This document shows positions 35,597 to 48,400 of a stretch of DNA of 64,000 nucleotides, piece after piece (the first letter of the stretch is position 1; each line of letters begins with the position of its first letter). Below the pieces are notes generated by a model. That model made no database searches. It saw only the letters and a program-made list of their open reading frames with translations, and was not told where the DNA came from. The translations under genes were made by a program, and so were the position numbers. The DNA lies in assembly GCF_001194135.2 (NCBI RefSeq), contig NC_069000.1:9299843-9363842 (forward strand), read 5' to 3'. The DNA is from Octopus bimaculoides. Its lineage: Eukaryota.

Positions 35597-37711
35597 TACA
35601 TACATAACATACACACACTATTTACTCAGTTGTATACCATCAGTAGTATATCTGGTAAGGTGCACTGCCTTGATGCAGTACACTTTACCAGATATTTTCA
35701 GCAGATATATTATAAACATAACATAACACACACACAAACATGTATATGCATACATAAATTAGTATGTTCACAGAATATATAAATCCAATCTTTTCAAAGT
35801 CAGACTTAAGCTAAAAGACAGACAATAAAATGATCAAGTAATATTATCAAGGAAAATATTAAAAAGACAAAAGAAAAATGCATTTCCTTTTTGTTATATT
35901 AAAATATTTTGGCTTCCCACTAAGTGGATGGTAAGGCCAGTACAATCAATAGAGTGCAGAGAAATAAGTAAGATAGGAAAGATAAAATAACAATTTTTGA
36001 CTATTGCAGAAATGTCACTTAAAATAGCAGTAAAGTGAAGAAGATAATGGCAACAATAAAAATCATTAAAATTAAGTGCAACATTAAAGGTGAAATATAA
36101 GAATACGAAAGAAATATCTTGATTAAGACTTTTGAAAAGGAAAGAAAACTGTGTAAGACAGCCACCGGAGGAAGAAAATATAGAAACAGCCAGTAATATT
36201 TAAGAATAGAAAGTTGACAGTGTGAAAGTGAAAGTGAAACAACAGACTACTGAGAAATTAGGTCTGCTATATCTAGATGCACGTGTACTGATAGGAATAA
36301 TATTTTGCGTTACTGTGTGCACACATTCATATACATATTAACTCACCAATCTTATTTACATTAGGTTTTGCACTAGTGTATTAAAAATATTTTACCTTTC
36401 TTCTTTCTTCTAGAAAAACCATCAGTAATCCTTGACACTCTATTACCCATAATTTCAATTAATGTCTAAGACTGCAGGTAAATATAGCAAGGAAAACACC
36501 TAACACACAAAAAAAATTGCCAGCTAAAATGTCAAGCTAGAGTTGATTGTTTCTAGTTAAAGCTGAAAAAGTCAATGCCCAGCAGGGAAGAGTGCGTCGT
36601 CTGCAGTCAACAGCATAGTTCTAGTGTGTGGCAGCAGTGGTCAGTGTGAGTATTCAGTGTCTTATGTTATTGATGAGGCTGGATACTACACACCAAGATG
36701 GGAGCAATGAAGTGTAACCAACAGTGGATCAGTTACAGAGATGTGATATCCAGTCATCCTGGTCTCTTCTCTGTGGATGAGAAAACTGTTACAGTTGCTG
36801 AAATCAGCCTCATTCTCAGAATTTCAATCGATTATTTTGGAAAACATCAATAACAGGGATATGAAATAACAGCTGGGGAACTTTTGACACTGGAATTCAC
36901 TCATTTTCTTATTTTTATTTTGTTTCTTTTGCTTCTGATGAATAGTAAGCACTTGTTTCACCAGAAAAATATTCTACAATTTTTTTTTTTTTACTATATT
37001 TATGATAAAAAAAAAGCAATAAACACATTACAGTGATTTCTTAAAAGAGATAATGTAAAGAAAAGTTAAAGCATAGGATAGAAAGATGAAATTAAGATAT
37101 ACTTATAGGAAAAACTATTTCTGTTTTGTTTTGTTTTTCTTCTTTTTTTTTTTTTTGCAGCCTATCTGAACATTAGGTAACATTTAAAGTAAAATAGGGA
37201 ATTTCTTTTTTAAACATATAAAATGTAGAATTGTGAAAAGGAAGAGAAGAATGCAAAAATAAGAAGATTCAAATAAACTAGTGAATAGTCTAAATATCAA
37301 ACATTTTAAAAATATCCTTATCATTACAATATTGGTTTGTTTTATGATAAATAATTATAAATGTTACCACCACCTGTGTCTCATACAAAATGTATACACA
37401 CTGTTAGAAGGAATGATGCTGCAGAATTGTCTGAGATAAAATCTCTTTGTAGACTTGTGCAAAAAACACAATATATATCAGAGTGACACAAACATCGTTG
37501 CTGTAGTAACTCACAAGAAAGACAGGTGCATTTTAACCTTTGTGAGGCTAGACAATGTTGTACACCCAATTGTCACATGCTTAAATGAAATATGTACCTC
37601 AGTATGCATAGGAAACAGTGAATAAAACATTTACTGGTATTGTGGAAGGTTGTTGGTCTGTAGAAAACTCAGTGCATGCAAATGAAACAAATTAAAATCA
37701 CCATCTATATA

Positions 37712-38335
37712 TCACATCATCATCATCATCGTCATTGTCTCATGTCCATTTTCCATGCTAGCATGGGTTGAACAGTTTAAAAGGAGCAGGTAAAGCCAGG
37801 AGCTGCACCAGATTCCATTGCCTGTTTTGGCATGGTTTCTATGGGTGGATACCATTCCTAATGTCAACCACTTTACAGAGTGTACTGGGTGCTTTTTATC
37901 TGGGCACCAAGACCAGTGCTTTTTACATGGCACCAGCACCAACAAGGTTATCAAGTAACTTCCAAGACAAAATCTCCTCAGCTGGAAGGGGGAAATAGTA
38001 GTGATGAATGGGGTGAGGTTGTGCCAATACATGAGAGATTAGAGATATAAAAGGACAAAGATGGGTATGTTGCTGAAGAGTAGATATATGAATACTTTAG
38101 TTGAAAAAGAAAGGAGGATGAGTCGGAGAGTAAGATAAGGAGAGCAACAGTGGGAGAGATGATGGTGAAGTTGTGTCAGGACATGCCCTCAGAGGACATT
38201 GGGAGTAGTGAGAATAAGTGGGGTGACACAGAGGTTCAGACCGAGTGGATGGGCAAGATAGAGGTGACTGAGACAAATGATGGAGAGAAGTACAGGAAAG
38301 GCTCAGGGGCAGGGGTAACGGAAGGTACGTGAGGA
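37712..38335 (-). mobile_element. Composite retroelement (second copy of the 31431-31950 type)
   Basis: The conceptual translations in the ORF track align: SPLSCPSTRSEPLCHPTYSHYSQCPLRACPDTTSPS versus SSLSCPFTLSKPLYHFTYSYYYSQSPLRTCSDSSPS. The RTE-type tail is the same. Confidence 0.8.
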
Positions 38336-38643
38336 TACCATTAAAAGGCATGATGCTGTACAATCATCTGAGATAAAAATCTCTTCATAGACTTGTGTTA
38401 AAAACAATATATATTGTAGTAAGACAAGTATCATCATTACAGTGACTCATGACAACAATGACAGATGCAGTTCGCTTTTCTTGATGTTTGTCAAAGTCAA
38501 ATTTTCATCTTTGTAATAGATTTTCTGGATTTAAAAATGTGTAAGAACATTCAAACAACTTATGATTTCATCAAAATTGAAACTATTTGAAATATCAAAA
38601 ATATATGTGTCAAATATTTCTGACATGAAACTTAACAGATAGT

Positions 38644-38648
<5 letters not shown>

Positions 38649-38686
<38 letters not shown>
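38649..38686. repeat. (TA)n microsatellite
   Basis: Direct reading. Confidence 0.98.
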
Positions 38687-38688
<2 letters not shown>

Positions 38689-39119
38689 TACAATACATAT
38701 ATATATTAGATGTACTATATCAATGGTTCATAATGAATGGAAAGAACTATTAGGTATTTAAGAATCAGAATTTTGAGAAAGAATGAAAGTCATTACAAGC
38801 TATTAGAAAATATAGAAATGCTACTGATATTTAATACAATATATGATATAATTAGATGAACAAATGTTGAAATATCATCATAATTAACATGGAAAATATA
38901 TGTTAAGAATAACTGCTAGTCTTAGAATGAGATAATAGAAGAGATGAAGTAAAAAGCAAGCTAAATAATACTTGAACATTTCTTAAATATATTTTATTGA
39001 AAATGATGCCAATTTAAATGGCCCCTAAAGATATATTTATTGATCAATAACTGTATTTTTTAAAAAAATATTCTTTGAGAAGATATTAAAACCTGCATAT
39101 AGAAAATATCAATATCTAA

Positions 39120-39450
39120 CACCTGTTATTAAATTAACACAAATGTCAACCTGTAAAGCTCCACGTGCAATTCTACACTGCATTCACATGACCTGAGTTG
39201 TTTTACAATACAAGTATGTAGGGAATGACAAATAAGTTGGATACTTTCCACTGCAAAGAGTTATATTTCATTCTTGGCACTTAATGGCCAGACAAAATAA
39301 ACATCATACAAGTCTAGAGGTGTGGCAACAGACAGTTGAATCTTGATAATGTCTAGATTCATTGGTGTCTGTTCAGAATAATATTCAGAATTGACTGACT
39401 GGCTTCCTAATAACATCACCATGACAAAATACTTCTAATGCAGCAAGGTT
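39120..39450 (+). mobile_element. RTE-group LINE C-terminal fragment
   Basis: Translates NKLDTFHCKELYFILGT*WPDKI, resembling KL..FH.RCLR.IL.I.W.DKI of RTE/RTE-X ORF2. Confidence 0.6.
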
Positions 39451-40374
39451 TGAAAAAATTCCATTGCCAAGACACAAAAGTCTCCTTATAACTCTGCTTA
39501 AAGGTTTAACTTTCATTAAAGGTTACCTAAAACACATATAATGTCCGAGTGTAGCTTTAGAAAACAGTCAAAGATAAATCTGGAAAGATTTAACTGAACT
39601 TATTGTTGGAAATATAGTACAAGAAAATCCTAAGTGAATGCTTTAGATAATATAACGGCATTATTATAATTACTATCTAAAATTAAACGGTATTAAGAAA
39701 AGCAATATAAACGCATGACTTAAAAATTAATATTTTTATAACCTTTAATTGATTAATTTTATCAACTGAAAATAAATTGATTATACTTAATCTAAAACTT
39801 TGAGTTAGGAAATCTATATTTTTTATAAATTCATAAACAGAAAAACATTCATAAGGTGGTTGCAAGCCTTCCACATACAATTGCTACGTGTTTGCATATG
39901 TGTATTGAACTGTAAAACATCTACTCAAATTACATATACTCTGGTACACCAAATGTTAGTACAACCGTTATGTAATTAAAACAAACCTTCTTTATTCATC
40001 AGACTTTGAAGAAATGCCAAATTTTGCCAAACAGATCTCTTTAACCTATAGTGGCATGAAAAAATTGATGTATGAAGAATGCTTGTTGTAACATGTAAAT
40101 TTTTAGCAACCAATCTATATGTCCAAACTTATGTTAGTTAACTTGGAATTATATTTCTTTAATATTTTTGGTGTCAATAAATCATATCTTTTAGTGTTTT
40201 AACTAATGTTTGGTTTCTTTTATGTTTACTTTTTTATTGTTTGACTTATTACTAGTGGTTCTTGGAAATTGCCTTCACTATTCTGTCTGGTAATATATTA
40301 AGAGAACTGATATTCAAGATTTAAAGATAAAATTCTAAAACAAAATGAAGATCAAACTAATGAGAAACTCTCTA

Positions 40375-40515
40375 GGTGGTTACCTGATCTACTAGAAATA
40401 GTAGCCAAATCACCATAAAATTGTTAAAGACAACACATTGGATTATGTCATTCAGCTGGAATACTTTTGATAATAGCTCTGTTTGATCAGGCATAGCCTG
40501 GGGTTAAAAACAACA
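40375..40515 (+). mobile_element. Short interspersed repeat ending GATCAGG..AGCCTGGGGTTAAAAACAACAA (3' ends of related copies near 12805-12865 and 13255-13280)
   Basis: A shared terminal motif (G)ACCTG(G/A)GG(C/T)T(A/C)AA(A)CAACAA occurs at several sites. The family is not identified. Confidence 0.4.
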
Positions 40516-40844
40516 AACATGAAATGGAATCCAGAAGCAGAAATTAGACATTTGATGAACAGATGAGATGAACTTAACCAATGTTAAAAAGATGTGAGTC
40601 AAAATTCAACCAAAGTTGATGTTCATCTTACTAGAACCAGCACTTTAAAGAGTTGTTCTTTTTTTTCTTTCTGAGCATCTGCCCATCCAAGAGTAAACTG
40701 CTACTGCCACAACTACAACCACTACAGCCATTGCCACTATGCCTGCTGCTGCTACTACAACTACTATATTGGACAAGTGAACTGAAATCAATTATGAGTC
40801 AATATAAGGAAGATGCTGGCTTCATAGATTGATTTTTTTAACAT

Positions 40845-40975
40845 TGGCACATGGTGAACAATTTGGGAGAAAGTATAAACAATTAAAGAAGCCCCATTAC
40901 ATGACTTGATACCACAATTTCTCTGGCTCAAGGTCAATAATTTGGGTGATAGATTAAAAATTAAATTGACATAGT
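40845..40975 (-). mobile_element. SINE family B, heavily degraded
   Basis: ATTGGCACATGG..ACAATTTGGG...CCCCATTACATGACTTGATAC follows the pattern of 7160-7260. Confidence 0.35.
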
Positions 40976-41112
40976 AACAATATATTTTGAAACCACAAAT
41001 AAATGATATTTACTAACTTTTTTGATAAAACAAAATTTTCAAGTTCTGACGATAGGCAAGGGTTAATAAGATATATAATGCAAAGAAGATTGACCACAGA
41101 ACCAGTTAACTA

Positions 41113-41116
<4 letters not shown>

Positions 41117-41155
<39 letters not shown>

Positions 41156-41181
41156 CGCGCGTGCGTGCGTGTGCGTGCGTG
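41117..41181. repeat. (GT)n/(GC)n alternating purine-pyrimidine microsatellite
   Basis: Direct reading. Confidence 0.95.
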
Positions 41182-41380
41182 TATCATTGTTTTAATGTCT
41201 ACTTTGCCATGTTTGCATGTGTCAGATGAAAGTATAGAAACAGAGTTTTCTATATCTGGATGCTCTTCCTGATGCCAATCTATACCCGTTTCCAACTAAG
41301 GGAATAATCTCCTAATCTATGAAGCAACAAACATCCCTGACACAGTTATGTAGACAACTGGAAACAAATGACATGTATGA
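41180..41380 (-). mobile_element. SINE tail type 2 fragment
   Basis: CTTTGCCATGTTTGCATGTGTCAGATG...TTTTCTATATCTGGATGCTCTTCCTGATGCCAA...GTTTCCAACTAAGG. Confidence 0.65.
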
Positions 41381-41574
41381 ATGAGTTTCTTTTTTCTTCT
41401 TTTTTTTTTTCTTTTTTGCTTACAAAGTTTGTGCAATATATCAAGACATGTCAAGAAGCCAGGACATTGCTTTCATAGTGGACTGCAAGCTAACAGCACA
41501 GTCTGCATGAGTAGTGAGACCACTGTTTACAACCAACAAGCACATGAGAAGATGAAGAGAAACATGAACTCCCT

Positions 41575-41604
<30 letters not shown>

Positions 41605-41608
<4 letters not shown>

Positions 41609-41735
41609 GGGCTTCTTTCATGGTCTGCCAACCAAATCCACTCAAAAGGCTCTGGTCAACCTGGGGCTATTGTAGAAGACACTTAGCCAAGGTCCCACAC
41701 AGTGGGACTGAACTTCTTAACTACACAGCCATGCC
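41605..41735 (-). mobile_element. SINE family A head with internal deletion
   Basis: AATGGGCTTCTTTCA...CCAAATCCACTCAAAAGGCTCTGGTCAACCTGGGGCTATTGTAGAAGACACTTAGCCAAGGTCCCACACAGTGGGACTGAAC/TTCTTAACTACACAGCCATGCCTG. Confidence 0.75.
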
Positions 41736-42127
41736 TGCTACTTATGTATATATTAGTCTAAGCATATTTTTTTTATGGCTGTATTAATAAGTACACAAGT
41801 GGCTAACTTTAGTAAAACAGAGCAATTACTAACAACTTAAAGAGTCTCTGATCAAAAGCGGACTGTTTAACTATAAGCTAGAAGTTCCTGTTTGCTAGCA
41901 AGTTAACAAATAATCATATGTTTTACATAAAGTGAACAGTCAGAGTTATAATTAGACTTTATGAATGATTTGTGTGCAGTCTGTGTTTAGAGAAATCAAA
42001 GCTAAGAATTTCCTATACAAGAATGAAATAACAGTGCTGGTGACTCACAAAACTGCTCTATTTATTGTCATCAGCAAATTAGCTACATGTCATGTACATG
42101 TGCTTCAACAAGGAAGTCAAATCAATT

Positions 42128-42183
42128 GATTTTCAATAATAATAATATTAATAATAATAATAATAATAATAATAATGATAATA
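42128..42183. repeat. (AAT)n microsatellite
   Basis: Direct reading. Confidence 0.95.
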
Positions 42184-42528
42184 GAAACTATAGCAAAATG
42201 CACATTTATTTATGAATATTTCAGTGTTTTCAGGAGGCTGGGGGATAAATTTCCAAATAGATTAATTAATATTTTAGAAGTGAGAATACTACCTAAACTA
42301 TAACTGAAACATAACACAATTCAGGAAAATTTTGGTTCTTGCTTGTTAGTCACTTTCCTGTTTGCTTTATGTTTCTGCTCAACAATGTTTAAAAGCATTC
42401 AATCCCTACTTACTCATCACTAAAAATTTTTTTTTAATCTAAAATTCAGTCATTGAGACTGAAGATTAAAAGAAAGCAAGGTTTGAATTATGTAAAAAAA
42501 AATTACACGAATGTATTTTTGCCATCAG

Positions 42529-42784
42529 NNNNNNNNNNNNNNNNNNNNNNNNNNNNNNNNNNNNNNNNNNNNNNNNNNNNNNNNNNNNNNNNNNNNNNNN
42601 NNNNNNNNNNNNNNNNNNNNNNNNNNNNNNNNNNNNNNNNNNNNNNNNNNNNNNNNNNNNNNNNNNNNNNNNNNNNNNNNNNNNNNNNNNNNNNNNNNNN
42701 NNNNNNNNNNNNNNNNNNNNNNNNNNNNNNNNNNNNNNNNNNNNNNNNNNNNNNNNNNNNNNNNNNNNNNNNNNNNNNNNNNNN
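42529..42784. other. Assembly gap (N run)
   Basis: Run of N followed by (TATG)n(GT)n. Confidence 1.
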
Positions 42785-43513
42785 CATGTATGTATGTATG
42801 TATGTATGTATGTATGTGTGTGTGTGTGTGTCTGTCTGTCTGTCTGTGTCTGTCTGTTGTATCTCCCAAAGAATCAGCTCATTGATTCTTGAAATCTACC
42901 TACAATTTCTTGCAATATGCAGCTTCAGCTTTGTAGGTAGTAAAATAAGTGTGAAACGGATAATCTAAACCCTACTATTACAATAAGTATTATACATTCT
43001 ATCCATAGTTTATAGATTAGCTAGAATGTGTCAGACAAAATGTAACCCCATAAATAACTTGTTCCATGATTGGACATAAACCTCCAGCCAACAATCAATG
43101 TGTTTAAGAAGTGATATATCACTATTGAAGACAACATGCCTCCTTGACTGGCTACAGCAAATACTTTTTATAATAGTAACAACGATGTAATAAAAGTTAT
43201 TCTAATTTTTTGAAATTTAGATAAACTAGATTAAAAATTTAGAAAAACAAAGAGACATAAAAGATTAAAATCAGATGAGTGTCATCAATTTCCCAAGTCT
43301 TATTCAAAGTTATGTTTCGTTAATGTACCTATAATGGAAATATTCATATATACGCAATTGATTCTATGTTGCTTTACAGTTTATCTAGAGACAAAGATTA
43401 AATGGAACATTTATGGGCACACTATAACTGTAAATATTTTGTATCCAATATCAAATGTAAAACCTATAAAACTATAAAATACTTTGTAATATAAAGTGAA
43501 ATGCCAATAATCG

Positions 43514-43556
<43 letters not shown>

Positions 43557-45064
43557 TACACACACAGCAGCTATTGTAAAGTTTTTTGAATTATTAATCT
43601 ACATATTAAAATCAATGTCATGTAAAAAAATGTTTCACTTAAGATATTGTTTTATAAAACCACTTCAAACACTTTTTTCTATTAACTCAATATGCCAAAC
43701 AGAATATTTAGAAAATACAACTGTTTTAGTTTAAAGAATGTATTAAAAGCAGACCTAGTGAAATATTTTATAGATAGCATGAATTAAAAATAAAGTTTTC
43801 ATTGCTATCTTAAAGATACTTCAAATAGCATTAAGTTTTGAGAAAGCAATGATGTCTAAAAAAAAAATGTATCAAGAGAAACTAGAGATACTAAAAGAAA
43901 AATATTTTCAAATGGTGGAATAAATTTGAAAAAGGCAAATGGGTAGCAATGTAACATACCAAAATTATAAAAATTTTAATGTGAACTGACATTTTTTAAA
44001 GCAAAAGTGGATATTAATAAATAAAGGTCAGTCACAATCGATACTTCTGCATTTGATTTCTGATTTTGATGTACAGATCTTTCTAGATAAAGTAGTTCAA
44101 AAAAGTATGTTGTGAAGGAAATAGCATTTTTTCACCAAATAATAATTCCAGTATTAGGAACTTAGTTTTTAATTTACTGTTTCCCTTCTTACATAAGGAC
44201 TTCCTTACTTAAATTATTACTTTTCTTGTCAGTTTAATTTCTTCCTTACTACCAACCACTAAAGCATATGTAGAATATGTTGCCAACTCAACTCCAGTAA
44301 GCAAAAGCATCTATCTTTTAGTACAGAATACAATGGCTGTCATATTATCACCATGTAGTCACTACTCCAACACCAGCATTGTACTTTTAATGATTTAACT
44401 GCAAAATTTATTCTATTTTTAGATTATTGATAACTTTATAATAATGTTATTTCTTTTAAGAATTTGTTTTAACCTTACTTCATAGCAATAGAATCCATTT
44501 TCTTTGACTGCACAATCCATAATTGCTTTGTAAGCACTTATTGTGCAAACAAAGCCTTCAACTCTATTCTGTGCAAGTACACACAATAACAACAACATGT
44601 AGTATTTATATAGTGCTCCACAGGTCATCCTAAAACATTGGAGATTCAACATGGCCCATTATCCTTATGGAATTTAAAAATCTTTCTCTATACCTAAACC
44701 GGAAGCATAAAACAGTGTGCTTCATACACAAGAAAGAAACTTCTCAAATTTTATCAACTATCACCCTTTAGATCTTTTCATCCTGCTACCATTGCAGAAT
44801 TTATTATAAACAATTACTTCATTTTTGCTTTTCCTTTTCTGTGATCCCTACAATGGGTTCTACAGATTTGACACATGAAATGACACTTCTTGTCACCAAA
44901 GAGAGGAGAAAGTGATTCAACATGAAAAATAACTATTTTCATCTTTTTAGAAACAGTGGAAGTATAAGAGATAGTTTAGCAGTTGGCAAGATTAGAATGT
45001 TTGCCTCTCAGATAAAGGATAAAAATCATGTTCCATGATTGATACTTATTTCATTGATCTATGT

Positions 45065-45205
45065 TAAGTAACAAAGCTGTGGAAACCATGCCAAAGCAGA
45101 CATTGGAACACAACACTGTCCTCTGACCTGTCAAATCCTGTCAAAACATCCAACCCATGCCGCCATAGAAGGCAAACATTAAAAAATGATGACAATGATG
45201 ATGAT
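45065..45205 (+). mobile_element. RTE-type 3' tail fragment
   Basis: GTGGAAACCATGCCAAAGCAGAC...CTGTCAAAACATCCAACCCATGCCGCCATAGAAGGCAAACATTAAAAAATGATGACAATGATGATG. Confidence 0.7.
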
Positions 45206-47509
45206 AGCCTGGGGGAACAACAAAGTGGACATGGCTGTGCAGTGAGACTGAAGCTAAAACAACATGGTTGTGAAGCAAATTTCAGAACCACACAGTCATG
45301 CTAGCACTTATGGCTATGCATCAGCCTATGATTATATGTGCACCAAATGTTCAAATGATGTGAATCAGAAGATGTGACAAAGTGAGAAATATATTATCAC
45401 TACTTTAGAAAGTGCAGAAGTTACTGAGACCATTTAGATTAATATTGTTAGAATTGAAGTAGATTTATCAAATGTCAATGTAGACATCAATGAGGAAAAA
45501 CCAAGATCATTTAATTAATAACAATATGAATGCTAGGCCTAAGCTAAATAGAATCCAACATAATCTTCAAATAAGATTCAATTTGCCTCATCAACAATTC
45601 AAATAAATTGAAATTGATAATAGTTTCAAATGTAAAAACAGTTACATATAGAGATGATATTTCAATATTTCAACTCCGATTGATCTTCATGGTTAATGTA
45701 TTACAGTAATTATAGTGTTCGTTTGAAAAATTTTCGCCTACAGATATTTATAGCAATTATAGAAATGAGTAGAGCATGATCTGTTAGATCTGCAATATTA
45801 ATGAGAGGCTTGAAGTGGTGATTCGCTATCACTTAACTTACAATTCCATTATCCCCTTTATCTACCTCCTGGTTGCAGAGTATTGAATTTCTACCATCAT
45901 CTGTCCTACATACCAAACATCATTCTGAATCAGTAACACTGTGGGGGATCCTTAACATAAGTATGCCAAATATTGAAACAGAGCTATAAATTTACCTCTA
46001 AAACAGTATTTACTTTTAAATAAGGTGCCTCAGGAATAATGTTCTAAAACTATTATATATACCTTAACCAGAAAATTCTTTGTTCTAAAGCTCTTAGTAT
46101 ACTGATACTAAAATCCAATTCTTTTTACATTCCAAGAAATAATGAGTAGATTCTTTATTCTTTCATATTTCAATTCTAAACTCTACATAAAATACTCAAT
46201 AATTAACATATTACACTGAGACATTCTTTTACATCCCTTCTCCTAGATTTGTAGATATTTCATGAAAAATAGAAACATCTCATACATAATCTAGTTTAAA
46301 ATTTGAAGGGTTTCCCATGCTATTAAATGAGTGCTTTGTGTAGGAATCTCATCTTTCTTCTTAGTCATTAATTGCTTTAAATAGTAAGCTGTCTAAGGCC
46401 ACCCATATTAAAGTGTTCATATTGAAATTAAAACCTCTCATAACAACACAAATGATATTGTGATATTTCAGTGGGTCAACACCAACATGAATATATGTAA
46501 ATATGTAATAAAGTTATATGCATTTTATGAAACCTCTAAAAACACATGACTATATTAAAAATTAACTGAAAAGTAAAGGCATTCTCCCAAGAAATCTAGT
46601 AACAAAAAGGGTTAAATGAATAACCATTATTTGGATATATCCTTATTTGTCAAGAGACATTCCTGAAGTGGTTTTCACCACAATTCAGTATTCTGAAACA
46701 ATTTGCATTCTAAAATGAAATACAAGAAATACAGTTTGATTTTTTTTTTTTTTTTTTTTCATTTACCTCTCATTTCAATACTTCAAACAATTATAAGTAC
46801 AGATTAGAGAGAAATTGATAAAATACAACATTAAACATGTAAAACAGTTTAACAACACTTTAAAATATTTTATAATTAATTTTTAAATATTTTAATGGTA
46901 TAATTCACATATTTTCACAAAAATGCTCAGTACCCAATTATATCTATATATTAATTATATTGAGAAAAAACCCCCACCAAAATTAAGTACACATTTATGT
47001 AAAGATATTTTATGTAATCAAAAACATTATTAAAGATGATTATCTATATATAAAAATACATGTGTTTATATGTATGTATGAAAGCATGGGCATGTCTTCA
47101 TTTTCTTTTTTAATTTATTTTATTCCATGAACCTAATGCCTGTTCAAAAAGAAAATATTAATAAATTATATAGTTTTATAGTATAAATGCATAATAGGGT
47201 TAGATATTATCAAGAGAGCTTCAATTGTTCAACTTTTATTAAAAATGAATATTTATAGAAATATGAATTATGAACATTTGAATAAAATATTATTTCGTAA
47301 TATATTACAATGTTGCCTTTATTTCACAGCTTTTGTATTTTTATAAGAATATTATAACAAACCTCAAACATTTACCAAATACTTTTCACTTGAATCAAAG
47401 TTATTTTAATTTTCATTTACTAACTCTTAACATTTCAAAATATTGCTTACATTAAAAAAGGACCTCACTCATAATATTACACACACATATACACAGAGGC
47501 TTCTGGAGA

Positions 47510-48400
47510 AGAAATGGGCACCCACAGTTTACATTGGCTAGAAAGTATAGAATTCCTACTAACTCCTTATCAGCATATCAAGTATGATTACTTCCCAGAT
47601 AGGTGTAGAGCTCTGTCATCTTTGCTTTAAACTAAAACTTGTCTTTACTAGATATACCTAAACTCTCTCTCACAATTTTAAGCTTTGCTTCCATATTTAG
47701 AATTTCTTCTGATTCTTCTGATTCTGCAACAAATTCAGATGTGAAAACTAGGTCACTGGTATAAAGAAGTTCCCACAGAGAGACAATCTTTATTTTTTTT
47801 TCTGTTTCAGTCTAGAAGACTATAATAAACAGAAGGTGGCTGAGAATGACGACCAGATGGTATGGACTCCAACCTAAATTTTTTTGCTAACTCTCATCCT
47901 GTTGACAGAATCTTTGTACATGGTTTGCATGGCACTCCAAACCATTCAACATTCATCAAGCTTTTTTAGTAACCATCTGACTACAGAATTTGGTACCTAA
48001 CAAAAGGCTTTCAGCAGTTCAACAAATTCCAGCTATAATACCTTATCCTTTGATATAAACTACCCCTATAGTTGTGTCTCTAGGTAGAAGCTAACAGTGG
48101 TACTATATTCAAGTACAAACCTAAATTGCATTTCATCTAAATTTTCTTCCAAATTAATAGCACTATATAATTCTATCTGGTATTTGTAAATTATTCCATC
48201 AATTTGATATCTCTTCAAGTCACTTTCCATGTCATAGGTCTTTATCTTCTTTTCCTTGATAAAGCTTCACCTAGTATTTCTTTGAATAATTTCTAACCAA
48301 AGGATCTTTTAGTTCTCATATCTTTCTTTAGATTCATTTATTATTGCAATACGAAGCCATCTACAAGAAGGCTTCATAGAAACAGTTCTTTTGCTCAATT
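47510..48400 (-). mobile_element. RTE LINE reverse-transcriptase fragment
   Basis: The minus strand gives RWLLKKLDEC*MVWSAMQTMYKDSVNRMRVS, VGVH, ILSHLLFIIV and LWELLYTSDLVF in order. Confidence 0.8.
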
